A stretch of DNA of 16,399 bases from Pseudomonadota bacterium (GTDB taxonomy: Bacteria; Pseudomonadota; Alphaproteobacteria; RF32; CAG-239), in the NCBI GenBank assembly GCA_918234285.1, contig CAKJXZ020000053.1:1-16399 (forward strand). The letters are read 5' to 3'. Position 1 is the first letter of the stretch; each line of letters begins with the position of its first letter. The translations under genes and the position numbers were made by a program. Positions 15,005 through 16,399 of the stretch are shown here, piece by piece. The notes below the pieces were generated by a model. The model ran no database searches. It saw nothing but the letters and a program-made list of their open reading frames with translations, and was not told where the DNA came from.

Positions 15005-15940
15005 CTAAACCGGCATGGCTTCGGTGTTGTTTTCAATTACCACGGTTGCGCCGCGAGTATTATCTTCATCATCATCATCTTCTTCATCGTCAGATAATTT
15101 GCCGAATTCACCGCTCACAATATAATTGCGGGCATATTGCGCCACGGCATCACTGCTCAGCGGAAAATAAGTGTCTTTACGGATTTTTTTTATGTTGTCG
15201 GAATAGGACTCTTCGCTCGGAGGAGTGGAAAACGGAAAGCTATCGAATCGAGAGAGCAACTTTTTAACTCTATCGTGAACAGTCAGCGGAGCAAACAAAA
15301 TGCCGTGTTCAATGTCGTGAGGCAAACGCGCCAAAGCAACCGCTCGCGGAGTTGAAATATCACGCAACATCGGGCCTAAAATGAAATTGAAAAAATCTCT
15401 TGTGGTAAGTAACTCAGCCAAATCACTGCCGGAGTTAAGCGGGTTAATATCAAGGATTCGCGCAATATTGTACTGACGATAATTATTGCTTTTACTCAGT
15501 AATTTTCGTGTAATCAGACAACTGCAACCGACGTTTATGATATACAGTCGACCGCGGATTTCAATGTTTTTCAAAAATTGCGACAGCATGGTTGCGTGAT
15601 AATAAATATTGCGACGCAGCGAAGGATATCCCAAACAAACAACGTTCATCGGTAATTCTTTGAGCGAATCAGCCAATTTTTTTACGGATTTTTTGGAACG
15701 ACCGAATCCGTGTAAGATTAAAACAGTGTCATCATAAAGCGGACTTAATTCGTAGGCCTCTATATATTTTAAAAGTATATCTTTACATTGCGCAAAAGTT
15801 CCGGAGTGCCGCCGAATATTATGCGGATCAAGCAGGCGACATTTATTGTTGATGATATTACGCTGTATCACCCAATCTTGATAATTATATAAATCTTCCC
15901 AAAAGAATCGACCACCAAATGTGAAAAAATCGAATTTCAT
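15005..15940 (-). CDS. Alpha/beta-hydrolase-fold protein (esterase/lipase-like), apparently catalytically degenerate (311 aa)
   Basis: VLILHGFGRS oxyanion motif, LGYPS, and an NPLNSGSDLA loop (PP..GS.LA type). The N-terminal extension is TFGGRFFWED...W.IQRN...CRLLDP. The nucleophile elbow reads INVGCSC. There is a strong GGAGG SD and an acidic C-tail. Confidence 0.8.
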   Translation of the reverse strand: MKFDFFTFGGRFFWEDLYNYQDWVIQRNIINNKCRLLDPHNIRRHSGTFAQCKDILLKYIEAYELSPLYDDTVLILHGFGRSKKSVKKLADSLKELPMNVVCLGYPSLRRNIYYHATMLSQFLKNIEIRGRLYIINVGCSCLITRKLLSKSNNYRQYNIARILDINPLNSGSDLAELLTTRDFFNFILGPMLRDISTPRAVALARLPHDIEHGILFAPLTVHDRVKKLLSRFDSFPFSTPPSEESYSDNIKKIRKDTYFPLSSDAVAQYARNYIVSGEFGKLSDDEEDDDDEDNTRGATVVIENNTEAMPV

Positions 15941-16139
15941 AAAATTAACCTCCGAATCTGATTCGAATCTTGAAAGAAAATGTTTAATAAAAACTTAATG
16001 TTTTGATTTTTAATACTTTTTTAAGAAAAATTGAGGCTAGCCATCAACAAAAGGCAAAATTTTCAGCGGATGGAAACAGTAAAAATCGGGGACTGTTGAT
16101 AATTTTTTCACAATTTAAATTTACGAAAAATCAATAAGT

Positions 16140-16225
16140 TAATAAAAAATGTAAAAAAATTTTAAAAAAGATATAAAAAGGTGTTGACAACGAGAAAGTA
16201 ATAACGTATAAAACGCGTTACCGGC
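16140..16225 (+). promoter_or_regulatory. Strong sigma70 promoter of rrn type
   Basis: TTGACA (16184-16189)-N17-TATAAA (16207-16212). An A-tract UP-element-like sequence lies upstream and a GC-rich discriminator (acgcg...ccggccgc) downstream. Confidence 0.8.
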
Positions 16226-16399
16226 CGCGAGGTGGTAATCTTGCGGAAGGGCGGTTGTGGAGCGCGACCGAGTTATAAAAAATCGTGAATATAGTAAATA
16301 AGAGGATATGCAGACGGTATATCGAAAAGATATAAAGTCTAGTATATCGAGATAAAGGAACCAAGAAAATTCTTTATGAGTAATATTAGACAGGATAGA
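16220..16399 (+). other. Structured non-coding leader, probably the 5' leader of an rRNA operon (16S not in window)
   Basis: There is no ORF. A long hairpin spans 16305-16348 (gatatgc-agac-gg-tatatc-gaaaa-gatata-aa-gtct-a-gtatatc). The agaggatatgcagacgg stretch resembles alphaproteobacterial 16S leader motifs, from memory. Confidence 0.55.

Overview
This looks like a chromosomal window from an alphaproteobacterium; the taxonomy is inferred from gene content and a leader motif. All supported CDSs lie on the minus strand. The core is a tightly packed ~11.8 kb operon (14874->3055) of seven genes. It contains five tandem, highly diverged VirB6/TrbL-like polytopic membrane protein units and a 75-aa two-helix membrane protein. 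One VirB6-like unit is split into two genes. Its N-half is fused to a SleB/Hydrolase_2-like cell-wall lytic transglycosylase domain, and its C-half has its own signal peptide. No other type IV secretion or mobile-element genes are in the window. Downstream are a double-HTH XRE regulator with an apparently inactive S24-like domain and a large repetitive protein that runs off the left edge and is missing from the ORF track. Upstream are an apparently catalytically dead alpha/beta-hydrolase and, divergently at the right edge, a near-consensus sigma70 promoter with a structured leader that probably starts an rRNA operon. All family assignments come from reading motifs by eye; no database search was run.
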